A stretch of DNA of 64,000 nt. It comes from Macrostomum lignano (lineage: Eukaryota). The stretch spans positions 62,001 to 126,000 of the forward strand of contig NIVC01000471.1 of the NCBI GenBank assembly GCA_002269645.1, given 5' to 3'. Positions 37,319 through 54,711 of the stretch are shown here, piece after piece; the stretch's first letter is position 1; the number at the start of each line of letters is the position of its first letter. The translations under genes were made by a program, and so were the position numbers. The notes under the pieces are model-generated. The model was not told where the DNA came from and ran no database searches. It saw nothing but the letters and a program-made list of their open reading frames with translations.

Positions 37319-37685
37319 GCACTCCTTGATCTGGCGCCATGCAGTCACTAGCACTCCTTGATCTGGCGCCATGCGGTCACTAGCACTCTTTGATCTGGCG
37401 CCATGCGGTCACTAGCACTCCTTGATCTGGCGCCATGCAGTCGCTAGCGCTCCTTGATCTGGTGCCATGCAGTCGCTAGCACTCCTTGATCTGGCGCCAT
37501 GCAGTCGCTAGCGCGTCTTGATCTGGCGCCATGCAGTCGCTAGCGCTCCTTGATCTGGCGCCATGCAGTCGCTAGCACTCCTTGATCTGGCGCCATGCAG
37601 TCTCTAGCACTCCTTGATCTGGCGCCATGCAGTCGCTAGCGCTCCTTGATCTGGCGCCACGCTGCGCCAGAACTTCTTGATCTAA
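37319..37685. repeat. 32-bp minisatellite (GCACTCCTTGATCTGGCGCCATGCAGTCGCTA), about 11 units
   Basis: Head-to-tail units with no spacers. Confidence 0.92.
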
Positions 37686-38259
37686 CACCAGTTGCAATAG
37701 TGCTTCTTGGCCTTCTTGGCCAAGTTGCTGGCGCCCAATCAAACAAGTGTTCTCTGATTTAACGATGTCCCAATGATCAAATAGTAAATGATGTACATGT
37801 ACATATACTTATGGCTACGCACCCCCCGCCCAAGAAAAAGAAATGACGTACGAGGGATTCTTGCAAGTTTGTTGTAACTCATTTTTAGTATTTGGCTTGA
37901 GCACTTGCACATATACTACTACGACTTAGTAATTGTTCTATTTATTAAAGAAATTTGGAGCAAATTAATGACGATAAATAAAGTAGTAATACAATGCTTA
38001 TGTAACCCAGCAACAGCTAAACATCTGGGGGATAGAAAGGTGGGTTATGAGGGCCTACCATGTTACTGAAACAAGCATTGGACATTGCCTAACTTTTTGC
38101 CGCGTGGAGGGGGCGGGGCTAGCTGTTGCCGCGTAAAGACAAATAATTTGATTTCGAAGCGCGAAAGATTAAAATTATAAAACACTGGCATCTTTACTAT
38201 ACAGTACTGGCATATCGATAGACACTGACTGCCAGTGACACTTTGACTGTCAGTGACAT

Positions 38260-38370
38260 TTCACTGTGAGTGATTGTTGACTGTGAGTGATAGTTGACTG
38301 TGAGTGATTGTTGACTGTGAGTGATAGTTGACTGTGAGTGATAGTTGACTGTCAGTGACATTTGACTGCC
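38260..38370. repeat. 17-bp repeat (TTGACTGTGAGTGATWG)
   Basis: About six units. Confidence 0.8.
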
Positions 38371-38450
38371 AGCTATTTGACAACCGACGATTTTAAGCTA
38401 GGTTTAGATTTAGAGTTATTAACCCAACATTAAGTCAGTAGCTGCCAGAG

Positions 38451-38996
38451 TCAAGCGTGAGCTTTCAGCTGGTGCCTCCTCTGGTCAGCCCTAGACTTGA
38501 ATCGATGCTCGCACAGCTGACAGCCGAACGGCCTAGTTCGTGTGTGCACCATTTCGTGCAGGCGATAATGATCGCGACGATGAAATCGCTTGTTGCAGTA
38601 GCCGCACTGAAACGGTTTATCAGCCGAGTGAATTTTCCTGTGCCTACACAGAGCTGACAGCACCTTAAAATCGGCGCGGCAGTGGTCGCATTTAAAAAGC
38701 CGAACCTCGGAGTGAGTAAAGCTGTGAGTATAGAGAAGATGCTTATTCGTAAAGCTTTGATCGCAATGGGTGCAATGAAAACGCTGCTTAGAGCTCCGAA
38801 TGTCGGGTTGCTGCGGCTCGGAGGTCTCACTCCTAGCCACAAAAGTAGAGTCCATCTGCAGCCCATGCCTCTGAACGTGCCGAAAGTATCTGCACTTTGA
38901 CTGTGAAGACAGGCTAAATCTTAGGCCGCAAATAGCGCAGCTGAATGAGCTGATCAACTGCTGAATATTACTATTATCCTCTGCAGACTCGGACAT
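38451..38996 (-). CDS. C2H2 zinc-finger protein (one isolated plus four clustered fingers)
   Basis: CxxC..HxxxH repeats with linkers HSADKPF and HTRTRPF. Polypyrimidine-CAG acceptor just before the ATG. Confidence 0.92.
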   Translation of the reverse strand: MSESAEDNSNIQQLISSFSCAICGLRFSLSSQSKCRYFRHVQRHGLQMDSTFVARSETSEPQQPDIRSSKQRFHCTHCDQSFTNKHLLYTHSFTHSEVRLFKCDHCRADFKVLSALCRHRKIHSADKPFQCGYCNKRFHRRDHYRLHEMVHTRTRPFGCQLCEHRFKSRADQRRHQLKAHA

Positions 38997-39659
38997 TTTC
39001 TGGAAAGACAAGAAAAACTGCATTTATGTTTTTTTATTCATCGATAGATCTAGACTAACAACTTGATTAAAAATAGTGAAAAAATCTGCAGAAAGGAGGT
39101 GGACGGCTTTGTGAATCTGTATCTGATCAAGAGGAAGAAAATCCACTTCTTTGGTCATGCTGTGAGAAGTGATGGAGTGCTGAAGGCTGTCTGTCGCTGA
39201 AGGTTGTGTTGAGGGATGAATCAACAATAGTCGTCGATTTTATCTTCTAGGTCTTGATACTAAGAATCAAGAGGCATGTAGTCAAATTCTATAAGATTAA
39301 TATGAGCTAAAATATATACTCGTATTTCCTTCGAGGCCCCGACTATCATAACTGTTTGTCAATAGTAAGGCATGAAATTTCCATAGACGCTCCATAGTAA
39401 GTCAAAAAATGTTGTAAGATATTTTGCTTTATAATATTATTGTAAGATACAGGATACAAGTAATATTAAAAAACTTTCTAGAATAGAGAACAGTGGTAAA
39501 CGGAAAATGGAGTAAATTTTTGCTAAATTAAGACTTGAGGCAAGCATTGATCTTATCTCATTAGCTGGGGTGCCTCGCAGAATGGCAGGGCAATGCCTGT
39601 CTAAGCATGTTTTGGCCAACTCTGGCCTCTCTATTTCGCCATCCTTCAGGTCCTTTGAA

Positions 39660-40165
39660 ACTTTTTTCTTCTTTTCTCTATCCTCCCTCCTCACTCTTCT
39701 CTTCTGTCACTTCTCTCTTCTCTTTCCTCTATCCTCTTCTTTGTTATCTTATCTATCATCTTATCACATCACTCTCATCTCTTTTCTCCTCTCTACTCTT
39801 TCATCTCTCTTCTTTTCTATTTTGTCTCCTCTCTGTCTCCACTACATCATCTCTCCTCCTCTTCCTTCTCTTCTCTATCCCCTCTACTTTCTTTCCTCTC
39901 TCTCCCCGCTCTCCCTTTCCCCTCTACCCTCTCCTTTAGCTTCTCTCCTCTCCCCACTCTTTCTCATTAATCCCCTCTTCTCTCTCCTCTCTCTCATTGC
40001 TCCTCTCTCCCTTCTCTACTCTCATCTCACTTCTCTCAATCTTCTTTCCCTCTTTCTCTCCTCTCTCTTTTCACTTCTCTCTTCACTCTCCTATTCTCTT
40101 TCTTTGCCCTTTCCTCTCCCCTCTTTTCATCCCTCTCTCTCCTTTTCTTTTCTCTTTCCTCTACT
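39660..40165. repeat. CT-rich low-complexity tract
   Basis: Almost pure pyrimidine on the + strand. Confidence 0.9.
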
Positions 40166-42420
40166 CTGAGGAAAGGGTGAGGTTAGGGTGGGTTTGGGTA
40201 AAAAGTGTGGCCTCATTTGGTTGGTCAGTTTGGGAGTCCATAGTGCACAAAATTGTACACACATAAATAGACACAGAGCTTTCATTTTTTAAAGATATAA
40301 AATTTGCAACATACACAAAAACATTGCGTTGCTTTTAGTATATTTATAGATGAACACTTACTTGGTTTTATCTAAAGTTAGATGTCAAAATCTTTATAAC
40401 TAGCAGATGAGTTGTTAGTCTACTATTATAAATACTATTTTTTATTTTGTTGCAATCACATTAATAGATTAAAAATAAAAAAATGAATTATTTATGTTAA
40501 TTTTGTCTAAAATTAATAAAATTTCATTCAAATCTTAAATTTATATATAGGAATATGGTTTAAGATGTTTAGCATATATCAAACTGACTATAAGATAATT
40601 TATCACAACAGATTTGTAAAAAAGGATTAAATGTATGATAAGATATTATGTCAAAAAATTAGACAATTTGCCAAATTCAGTAGGCCTAGGCATATTTAAA
40701 AATACTTAAAACAAAAAAGAACAATAACAACAACAATGGTAAACAAATTGCAACTACTATAAAATGTTATAGATATATCATGTAGCTATATATTTGTTAT
40801 ATGTTATATAGTTTTTATATAAATATATATAGAATAAACAATCTGTCCAATTGCTATATTTGAGTCTTGACAAATTATCTTTTAACAAATCAAATTTTTG
40901 ATGGCTTGTCTGGTTTTAATCTAATAAAGTGCAATTTTGCCAACATTGAAACACAGTGAAAGCGATACAACTTAATTAAGTCAACTGATATTAGGACTAG
41001 GAGAAACATTTTAATTTTAAAGACTAGACCTTCATTTCTAAAGTAGACTGTTGACCTAAGTTGAATTTTAGCCAATCCTCATCATATGACATATTTGAGT
41101 CTGCTATACTAATAATAGAATGAGTGGCTAAGTACTAAAATTGAAAATAATGTTTATGATTTCTATATCATGCCATAGTATACATATACTAGGCCTACGC
41201 CTTATGCAGATTGCAGCCTGCAGGTTATGCTTTCTTACAAGTTACTATTGTCTATTATGTCATTGAAGTGCTACCAAAGCCTACTGAAATTAAATACAAT
41301 GCTTGCAATTAATACCATTTTGCCACAAAAGCAGAAAATTAAATAAGTAAAGAAGTAACATGGCAGCTGAGGTCCGAGAGTGGTGCAATATAACGCCCTT
41401 AATAATGCACTGCACGTGTTGGTGTAATATACATGGAGGCATTATTCAAATTTATGGACGTATGAATGATAAGTAAAACAATTTATTTATCGTGTCACTG
41501 TTGACTGCTCCTTGAACTGTACACTCGCTTTAGAGACATGTTAAAAAACTTATTTTCTAAATATTACAATAATCGATTTTTTATTCAGTGCGTTGTTGCC
41601 TTAGCAGCATCTAATTTAACATGTGCAGTTCAATTTTATTTTTAACAGTGGTTTTTCGTAAGTACGAGCGAAAACCGATGTCTTTGGTATATTTGTTTTC
41701 TTTGAAACTAAAAAACCATTTTACTTTTAAAAGATTCTGAAAGGATAACAGCCTTATACAATATATGTTATATACATCATACAATAAAAAATACATCGAA
41801 TCATCGACTGCTTCAATCAACATACTAATATTGTTATTTATAATTACTTCTAGCTCTATTTCAGAGAGTCTACCTTAAAAGACAAAGGTGCACGCTTTAG
41901 CCCTTGTGGAGGATTTGTAATGTGGTACTCTATATTTATTAGAACATCGAAGATTACTCTGTCTTTTTCAGAAAAGGAAGTCTTGAAACTCACTTTTTAT
42001 ATTCGAAGTCTGTCTGTCTTTCTCTCTGTATGTGTGTGCGCCTGTCTTTCCTCTATCTGTCTGAACTTGCTAATATTTTTGGAAGTCACGGTTTCCTTCT
42101 CATATTATAAATAGGTTATAAATTTCCATATCTCTATTGCCATCCTTCTACTTATAGCTAGTCATGTATTGGTATGATTTTTATGTACAATACCAAAAAC
42201 TGTTTAATTAGATTATATTTTAGAGAAATTTTTTGTTTAAAAAAGTTTGAATGAACTAACTATTTCAATTATTCCAGCATTTCACTTTTAGATTAGTTTC
42301 AAAGGTCTTTGGCTTTTAAAGTCCGAAGACTGTTTTAGTAAAAATGCACTTTACTAAAGTACTAACACTTCTCTGTTTCCAGCCAGCAGCTCTGAGACTT
42401 CTAAGCGACCCCACGCCAGC

Positions 42421-44277
<1,857 letters not shown>

Positions 44278-44494
44278 TTTTGTCATAAAATTGCGTAAAA
44301 CTTTTATAATCATAGCCGGCAAATGTTTGGTGATTGCTCTCTACTTTCAGTAGCTTGATTTGCTAAATCCTTAGGTTCATGCAATTTTGTTGCAAATTTT
44401 CCCGAAGTGTCAATATTTGGCGGGTTTTATTTTCCCTGTTCCGCCCCTTGACAGCCACACTCCTAACATCCATAACTGGAGTCCCTGAAACCGA

Positions 44495-44945
44495 TAATTT
44501 GGCGTCCTTGACATCCCATAATTTGACGTTCCTGACACCCATAATTTGACGTCCCTGACACCCATAATTGACGTCCCTGACACCCATAATTGACGTCCCT
44601 GACACCCATAATTTGACGTCCCTGACACCCATAATTTGACGTTCCTGACACCCATAATTTGACGTCCCTGACACCCATAATTTGACGTCCCTGATACCCA
44701 TAATTGACGTCCCTGACACCCATAATTGACGTCCCTGACACCCATAATTTGACGTCCCTGACACCCATAATTTGACATCCCTGACAAGCCATAATTTGAC
44801 ATCCCTGACAACCCATAATTTGACATCCCTGACAACCCATAATTTGAAGTCCCTGACACCCATAATTTGACGTCCCTGACACCCATAATTGACGTTCCTG
44901 ACACCCATAATTAACGTCCCTGACACCCATAATTTGACTCCCTGA
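44495..44945. repeat. 22/23-bp minisatellite (GACGTCCCTGACACCCATAATTT)
   Basis: About 20 units. Confidence 0.93.
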
Positions 44946-45430
44946 CACCCGAGTTACAACAACTACATTCCCTCTGACGTCACGACAGAAAACATTAAAG
45001 GGTTTGAAGACACAGAAACTTCCCTACGGTTAGTCTTAAACTTATTTAATTGAGAGAAGGATATAGTAATAAAATGTGTACAAATATACATTGCGCTGGA
45101 GTTTAATTATGATATCATTCATTCCTTTTTAATACTGCCATGGTGAAATTTTTTACACCGAGCGTGGTCCAGAAAAGTTTTTGAAACATTGGCATTGTTT
45201 ATTTGTATTTTATCTGCGTTGAAAATACATGTACCTGTGCACTAGTGAAAATAACACAAAACAGCATTATGCAGACAGTAATTGCAACGAAAATTGTTAT
45301 TGTGTAATTGTAAGTTCTGAACAGACTAAAAACAAATACATATTTATCCGACAAGAAATTAATAATTAAAATGTTTTTCACACTACTAAACGCCAATTTA
45401 TAAGTAGCATCTAATGGGTTTTATCAATCT

Positions 45431-47515
45431 CTAGGAGAGCACTGCGTACTTGTACCGCCTGATGGCATCCTCGTGCGCGTCCCGCATGTTGTGGCAGGCC
45501 GTGGAGCCCCGCCCGCGGGCCCGGGGCAGCTTCAGCTTGATGCCGACATCCGCCGCAGCCTCTTCGTAGTCGTCGTTGAACTCGACAACCTCCAGCAGGC
45601 GGGGCAGGATTCCGCGATGCTGATCCGGCAGGAACCTCAGCAGCCATCGGTCGCGCCGATCCAATTGCGTGGCGCCGCCTTCCGGCACGTAGCCGTCTTT
45701 GGCGGCGCTGCACATCTTCCTGGAGGCGGCGGCGATCGGGCCCCAGTTGCGGCGGAAGTTCCAGCGACGCTGCAGAAGCCGGTGCTGCTGCTGGACGCGG
45801 CCGTGCAGCTCCTTGGCGTTCAGCAGCAGCAGTGCGTCGTTATAAGTGGCCACCTTGCGCTTCAACCGCAGCAGCAGGTGTCTGTTTTGGCCGCTGGAGT
45901 TCTCTTGCATCGTCAGCAGCAGCGCTTCGAGACCGTCAAGTCGTTTTGCCAGGTAGCCGGCCGTGAGTGGAAACTGGACGACCTCCTCGGCAACTATCTG
46001 CTCCTGCAGGACCAGATCCGACTCTTCTCTGGCCGACTCCTTCGAGCTTCGGCGCTGCCGGACCCGCTTCGGCTTCTTTGGCAGGTGCCGTTGCCGGCGC
46101 AACAGCTGCGGCACCAGCTGGTGCTTCGGCTGCTGCTTCTGCCAGTGCCGCAGCTGCCTCCGGTTCTGCCTCCTGAGCGCTACGGCCGCCAGCGCCTCCT
46201 TGTGCTGCAGCTCGCGCTGCTTCTTCCCCGGGTAATAGTGCTGCCGGTCGTACAGCACGTTGAGCGGACACCAGCTTGACGAGCCGCAGGAGGACAGCTC
46301 GCTGGTTGTCTGCCGGTGAGGACCCTCGAAGTCCTCAACGATTTCTGGAGCCGGCGACACTTCAGCAGCGACCCAGTCGGTGCTGATTTCTGATTCGTCC
46401 AACTCGGCCACCGACTGCCTACCGCGGCAGCAGTTCTCGGAGGCGTTCAACTGCATCAGCGAGTCGAACGTGCCGTTCAAGTTGTCGATGGCTGAACGGA
46501 TTTTGTTGTCCATTCGGCCGCGTAGGTTGTCCACAGCAGCCAAGGTGTCCGTGGCTGTTGAAGTGCTGAGTTGAAGCTGCTGCTGGTTCCGAGGCTGCTG
46601 ATCCCCTTCGCTGTTGTTGTTGGCAGTTGCAGACGCCCCAGACAGATCTCTGCAGAGGCAAATGCGTTGGGGATTTTCAACTGGCCCGTAAAGACTTCTC
46701 TCACCAGCCAATCAAGCTATTTCTGATTCACCTGTCAATCAAACTAATCCTTACCTGTCAATCAAGCTATTTCTCATTCACCTGTCAATCAAACTAATCC
46801 TCACCTGTCAATCAAGCTATTCCTCATTCACCTGTCAATCAAACTAATCCTCACCTGTCAATCAAGCTATTCCTCATTCACCTGTCAATCAAACTAATCC
46901 TCACCTGTCAATCAAGCTATTCCTCATTCACCTGTCAATCAAACTAATCCTTGCCTGCCAATCAAGCTATTTCTCATTCACCTGTCAATCAAACTAATCC
47001 TCACCTGCCAATCAAGCTAGTTCTCATTCACCTGTCAATCCAGCTAGTTCTCATTCACCTGTCAATTCAGCTAGTTCTCATTCACCTGTCAATCAAGCTA
47101 GTTCTCATTCACCTGTCAATCAAACTAATCCTTACCTGCCAATCAAGCTCCGCTGGCTCTTCATTCTCTTCAGCTTCCTTAGCCGCCGTTTCCGCAGCCT
47201 GGCCCTCGCCAGCTCCCGGTTCTGCCTGAACCCGATGCCGCTGTTGTTGCAGTTCTCCGACACGACCGCCGCGCCGTGCGTCATCTCGCCATCGGTCACT
47301 GAGCAGTCGTCGCAAACTGAGTCATAGCCATCCGCACTGCTGCTGCAGCAGGTGCTGGACTCGCTCTGCTCTGTACTGCTTTTTCTGTCGCTAATTCTGA
47401 TGCTAAACCCTTTGTCGTCCACGCCTAGATCTCTGTTTTCAGCTCGATTTCTAACCTGAGATTGCTGATCGAAATTATTGAGAAGCTTCTGAGGTTTCTC
47501 TTGGAGTTTAGACAT
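45431..47515 (-). CDS. Orphan host protein, two exons (47515-47136 and 46649-45431), basic/Gln-rich with coiled-coil character
   Basis: Two long GC-rich ORFs are joined in phase 2 by an AG|GTAAG donor and a TGCCTCTGCAG acceptor. Confidence 0.65.
46715..47145. repeat. Intronic 23/27-bp alternating tandem repeat (CACCTGTCAATCAA core)
   Basis: Roughly 16 units. Confidence 0.9.
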
Positions 47516-47739
47516 CTTTTAGTGAGTAGCTAATCTACGGCTGGCGTCTGTGATATTTTTTCTTCAAACTAAACATTACTGCTGGGTATAATTTCGATTA
47601 TAAATATTTCTTTCTACTTTACTTAAGCTTTCTATGGTAAAAACTCATGCCAATAAGCGTTAATTGAAATATTAAACAACTTGTACCGATTTCGACTTTG
47701 ACACCAGGGTTGTGACGCTAGAATGAACACTGTTGCACT

Positions 47740-48135
47740 AGAACCAAGACTATGGCGCTAGAACAAAGATTATTGCGCTAGACAAAGATTATGGCGCTAG
47801 AACAAAGACTATGGCGCTAGACAAAGATTATGGCGCTAGAACAAATACTATGTGCTAGAAAAAAGACTAGTATGGCGCTAGACACAAAGACTATAGCGCT
47901 AGAACAAATACTATGGCGCGAGACACAAAGACTATGGCGCTAGAACAAAGACTGTGGCGCTAGAACAAAGACTATGGCGCTAGAACAAAGACTATGGCCC
48001 TAGGGCAAAGACTGATGCTGGGGCAAAGACTGAAGCTAGCGCAAAGACTATGGCGCTACAACAAAGACTGTGTACTAGAACAAAGACTATGTACTAGAAC
48101 AAAGACTATGGCGCTACAACAAAGACTATGGCAAT
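47740..48135. repeat. About 20-bp minisatellite (GACTATGGCGCTAGAACAAA)
   Basis: Directly visible. Confidence 0.9.
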
Positions 48136-48504
48136 GGCGATGTTAAATTCTAAGCTCGAAAAAAATCGAGTTCGCGTAGTTCGTCAAACTTCCCTTGCAG
48201 ACGGAAAGCTTTGTTCAAGACACCTCAGCTGATCAGTTCTAACAGCCGTATGCTTGAAATTAATCAGAACTAGCTGTGCCACATATTATACAAAAATTAA
48301 ATTTTCGACCGGATCAGAGTCATACAAAACCCAGCGATACTCGTGTAGAAAGAAAATTACAGAACATTATCAACCGCACTTTCCCAGGGATTAAGCTGCG
48401 GCTTAATAAAACGAATCAGTGAGCTGGATTAATAGCAGCATGTACTAACAGTACGAATGTAAAGTTCATCTGGACTGAGAATATATTGTAGATTGAGCAC
48501 AGCC

Positions 48505-49600
48505 AGTACCATGATAGTTACTATGGCGATCCTGTTAGACACAATGATGATCCTGTTAGACACAACAATGATCCTGTTAGACACAATGATGATCCTGTTA
48601 GACACAATCATGATCCTGTCAGACACAATCATGATCCTGTTAGACACAAGAATGCTCCTGTTAGACAGAATGATGATCCTGTTAGACACTATGATGATCC
48701 TGTTAGATACACTGATGATCCTGTTAGACACAATGATGATACTGCTAGACACAATGATGATCCTGTTAGACACAATGATGATCATGTTAGACACAATGAT
48801 GATATTGCTAGACACAATGATGATCCTGTTAGACACAATAATGATCCTGTTAGACACAATGATGATCCTGTTAGACACAATGATGATACTGCTAGACACA
48901 ATGATGATCCTGTTAGACACAACGATGATCCTGTTAGACACACTGATGATCCTGTTAGGCACACTGATGATCCTGTTAGACACAGAAATGATCTTGTTAG
49001 ACACAATGATGATCCTGTTAGACACAACGATGATCCTGTTAGACACAACGATGATCCTGTTAGACACACTGATGATCCTGTTAGACACACTGATGATCCT
49101 GTTAGACACACTGATGATACTGCTAGACACACTGATGATCCTTTTAGACACACTGATGATCCTGTTAGACACACTGATGATCCTGTTAGACACACTGATG
49201 ATCCTGTTAGACACAATGATGATCCTGTTAGACACAATGATGATCCTGTTAGACACACTGATGATTCTGCTAGATACAATGGTGATCCTGTTAGACACAA
49301 CGATGATCCTTTTAGACACACCGATGATCCTGTTAGACACACTGATGATCCTGTTAGACACACTGATGATCTTGTTAGACACAGAAATGATCTTGTTAGA
49401 CACAATGATGATCCTGTTAGACACAATGATGATCCTGTTAGACACCACGATGATCCTGTTAGACACACCGATGATCCTGTTAGACACACTGATGATCCTG
49501 TTAGACACAGAAATGATCCTGTTAGACACACTGATGATCCTGTTAGACACACTGATGATACTGTTAGGCACAGTAGTGATACTGTTAGACGTCATCCTGA
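48505..49600. repeat. 21-bp minisatellite (GATCCTGTTAGACACAATGAT), about 50 units
   Basis: Directly visible. Confidence 0.95.
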
Positions 49601-50155
49601 TTACAGTCACTTACTCAGTTAGACACAACACAATAGAAACAGTAGCAGTTAAGAACAGTAAACTTGTTATATAAATTAGTTCAGGTAAACTTTGGTAGTG
49701 CAACTTCTTGAGCTCCACTTTTCTAACCTGCGTGACAAAAGTGAGTTCATTCACGCAGATTCAGCAGTTCCTTACCCAGAAAAGGAATCAGAAATTCGAA
49801 GTACATATAACTTCTGGTTTGGCTCTAAGGTGTAACAATTGGGTTAAAGGAAGTTACCGTTGTAACAGAATGTTAGATACACTATAATCCAATTTTTACT
49901 AGAATCTTCATCTTCTCTTTAATAATGCGATTTGGCAAGAAAGAAAATCTGCATTTTTAGGCACCCAGTGGATTCTTCCTTACCTTCTCCTACTACCTCA
50001 ACATCCTCAACATCCGATTGGCTGAAATCCAGTTCCGGACCATCAGCGAATCCTGACCGGTTCTGTCTGGCATAAAACCGCCAACTCGAGCTTGTGCTGT
50101 TTGCGGCTTTTGCAGAACATTTTTGTGCCCGAGATTTCAGCCAGACAGCCGGGAA

Positions 50156-52147
<1,992 letters not shown>

Positions 52148-52744
52148 TCAGACTGGCTGGCAACAGAAACCAACATCAAGGATCAATGGCCGCTTGTACC
52201 TTATTTGGTGATAAAACATTGAGTCAACGAGAGCTGCTAAAAGCAGAAAAAATCAAGCCTTCAAATAAATATGTCAATCATCTGTCTTTTTGTTCAGTTA
52301 TGCAGCAACATGCAGAAGTGTTGTTTTTGATAGAAAAAGTAAGTAGTACATACAGCGTATGAAGGGTCCTCCTAGCTGTTCGTCAGTCAACGAATGACGT
52401 GTCAAAAAATACAACAATATATTGACGCGCGTGCAACAATTGTGTGGCGCAAATCCTTGATGAAGGAAAAATTCTCCATATTAGGCATTATGAGTTCATC
52501 CTGTACGGCTTACAGTTGCCACCCGCGCTGCCGCTTGTTCCATTGGATTATTAATTAATGCAATTTCAGCATTTCGTGGCGGGGAAGGCAGTGAGTGATA
52601 GCTTATGCACAAGTTGGCGAGACCTGCATAAATTACTTTTTTATAAGATATTAGTAGCTAGAAATAGCTATCCATGCTGCAGCAGAGTAAGTAAATCAGT
52701 GTGCTGCATTGCTGTTGTGGAACTGCTTTCCAATAGTCTGAGAG

Positions 52745-52753
52745 TCTGTCCGT

Positions 52754-52803
<50 letters not shown>

Positions 52804-52851
52804 TGCCTGCCTGCCTGCCTGCCTGCCTGTCTGTCTGTCTGTCTGTCGGTG

Positions 52852-52899
<48 letters not shown>

Positions 52900-52903
52900 G
52901 GTG

Positions 52904-52987
<84 letters not shown>

Positions 52988-52988
52988 G

Positions 52989-53051
<63 letters not shown>

Positions 53052-53115
53052 GGTGTGTCTGTCTTAGTGTCTGTCTGTCTGTCTGTCTTAGTGTCTGTCT
53101 GTCTGTCTGTCTTAG

Positions 53116-53152
<37 letters not shown>

Positions 53153-53160
53153 TTATCTGC
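52745..53160. repeat. (CCTG)n grading into (CTGT)n microsatellite
   Basis: Directly visible. Confidence 0.95.
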
Positions 53161-54234
53161 CTGTGTATAAGGTAATTAATAAAGCTAGATAGAACCCATT
53201 GAAGCTGATTGAACTTCATTCTGACAACTTCAGACATCAGATTACCTGTTCATTATTCCACCTTGGTGATGGGCGTGGGCGGCATGCAGTTCCCTATGCT
53301 CAGGAGAGCAGTGAGAACAATGAGTCACTGTACTCGCCCCAGTTCATAGCCTCCCTAAATTGGTCCGCGGAGATGTGCACAGGTATGTGGAGGACAGAGG
53401 ATGCAGGAGAGCACTGCATACCGGTTCGCTGACGGAGATGAGGCTTTAAGGGTGTGGAGAGACAAGAGCCAAGGCGAGGGAAAGTGCGTCCGTAGGCAGG
53501 GCATCTTGGCCGGCTCAGCACTGCACAGTCATCACCAAGTTGCTAAAAATATTCAGTTATAACTGAAACTGGGAACGCCCTCTGCGTGAATCCTCATCGC
53601 GCATAAATACAGCACAGCCGCGCGCTGCAATGTTGTGCAATTCAAGACTTCAATTGAGCGTCAAATCTACAGGATGAGGCTAAACAGCTCGACTTCTCAG
53701 CTGGAGTTTTTTGAGTCGAATTCGCAGCACAGCGCTGGCGTCATCGTCAGGGCAGCTGCGAGGCTCGCTCAGCAGCAGAGCAGCAGTGACGGATTCGTGA
53801 CATCGGTCTCAGGTGAACTTGCTGACGATGGGAGTTCTTGTGCGGTTGGGATTATTACCGATAAGAATTGGTTAAAATAGGGAGTTGTAATTGATAGGAA
53901 ATTTCAAGGATTAGGGGAATTTCAAGAATGTGGGAATTTTAAAGATGGGGAATTTCTAGGATGGGGGAATTACAAGGATAGAAAAATTTCAAGGGTTGGG
54001 GAATTTCAGGAATAGGATATTTTAAGCATGGGGAATTTCAAGGATCGGGAAGTTTCAAGCATAAAGAATTTCATAGACATAAAGTTTCAAAGGGAATTTA
54101 AAATTGGAATTGGAACTTCTTTAAGCGAGGTCAATTTCAAGGTTGGGGAATTACTGAGCTTGTGTAGTTTTAGGGCATACAATTCAGCGTTAAATGCTCG
54201 ACATATCCCCTTCCATTTCCACAATCCGCCCTGA

Positions 54235-54600
54235 ATGGACGCAGTCTCGGCCTCCTTCGCCGCCTTCTGCCTGCTGCTGCTGGCCCTCTGCCTTGCCGCC
54301 GTCTGCCTCGCCTGCGCGTCGAAAAGCTCCTGGCGACGTCGTAAGTTCGACTACGCAGACGGCGTCGCCGAGGCCGACTGCGACGACGAGCAGAACGACA
54401 AAGACTATGAGAAGAATTTGGACCATTTTCAAGGCCAGCATTTCTCGTCAGCAAAATTGAATTTTGTCAGCATTGAAGAGTCCAAGTGCCAGTTGTTGAA
54501 GTCCGATTCGCCTGCGCTGCTGAGGCTGGACTCTTGGCAGGACCGGGTCAGGGAGATTCCTGGCGGTGCCGACAGTCGATGCTGGGAGACTTTGCTGTAG
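54235..54600 (+). CDS. Single-pass membrane protein ORF or terminal exon
   Basis: Hydrophobic run FAAFCLLLLALCLAAVCLACA followed by basic WRRRK and an acidic tail. GC-rich coding-like composition. Confidence 0.6.
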   Translation: MDAVSASFAAFCLLLLALCLAAVCLACASKSSWRRRKFDYADGVAEADCDDEQNDKDYEKNLDHFQGQHFSSAKLNFVSIEESKCQLLKSDSPALLRLDSWQDRVREIPGGADSRCWETLL

Positions 54601-54711
54601 AAAATTAACGGCAATTAAGTCTTATGTACATGCGAAGGATGCGTATCGAAGTACTCGTACTTCTAATTAACACGATTTTAGTCCAGTTGTGTCACCTAGT
54701 TTAAGGTGCAA

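Noticed and set aside
37319-37685. CRISPR-like look of the 32-bp repeat (also the 21-22-bp arrays)
   Set aside because: Units are head-to-tail with no unique spacers, there are no cas genes, and the context is eukaryotic.
39570-40266. Leu/Ser-rich membrane-like ORFs
   Set aside because: Artefact of the CT-rich tract.
44363-44948. Three minus-strand ORFs
   Set aside because: Translations of the 22/23-bp minisatellite.
48429-49674. 393-aa ORFs on both strands
   Set aside because: Produced by a stop-free 21-bp minisatellite; the translation is a pure heptad repeat.
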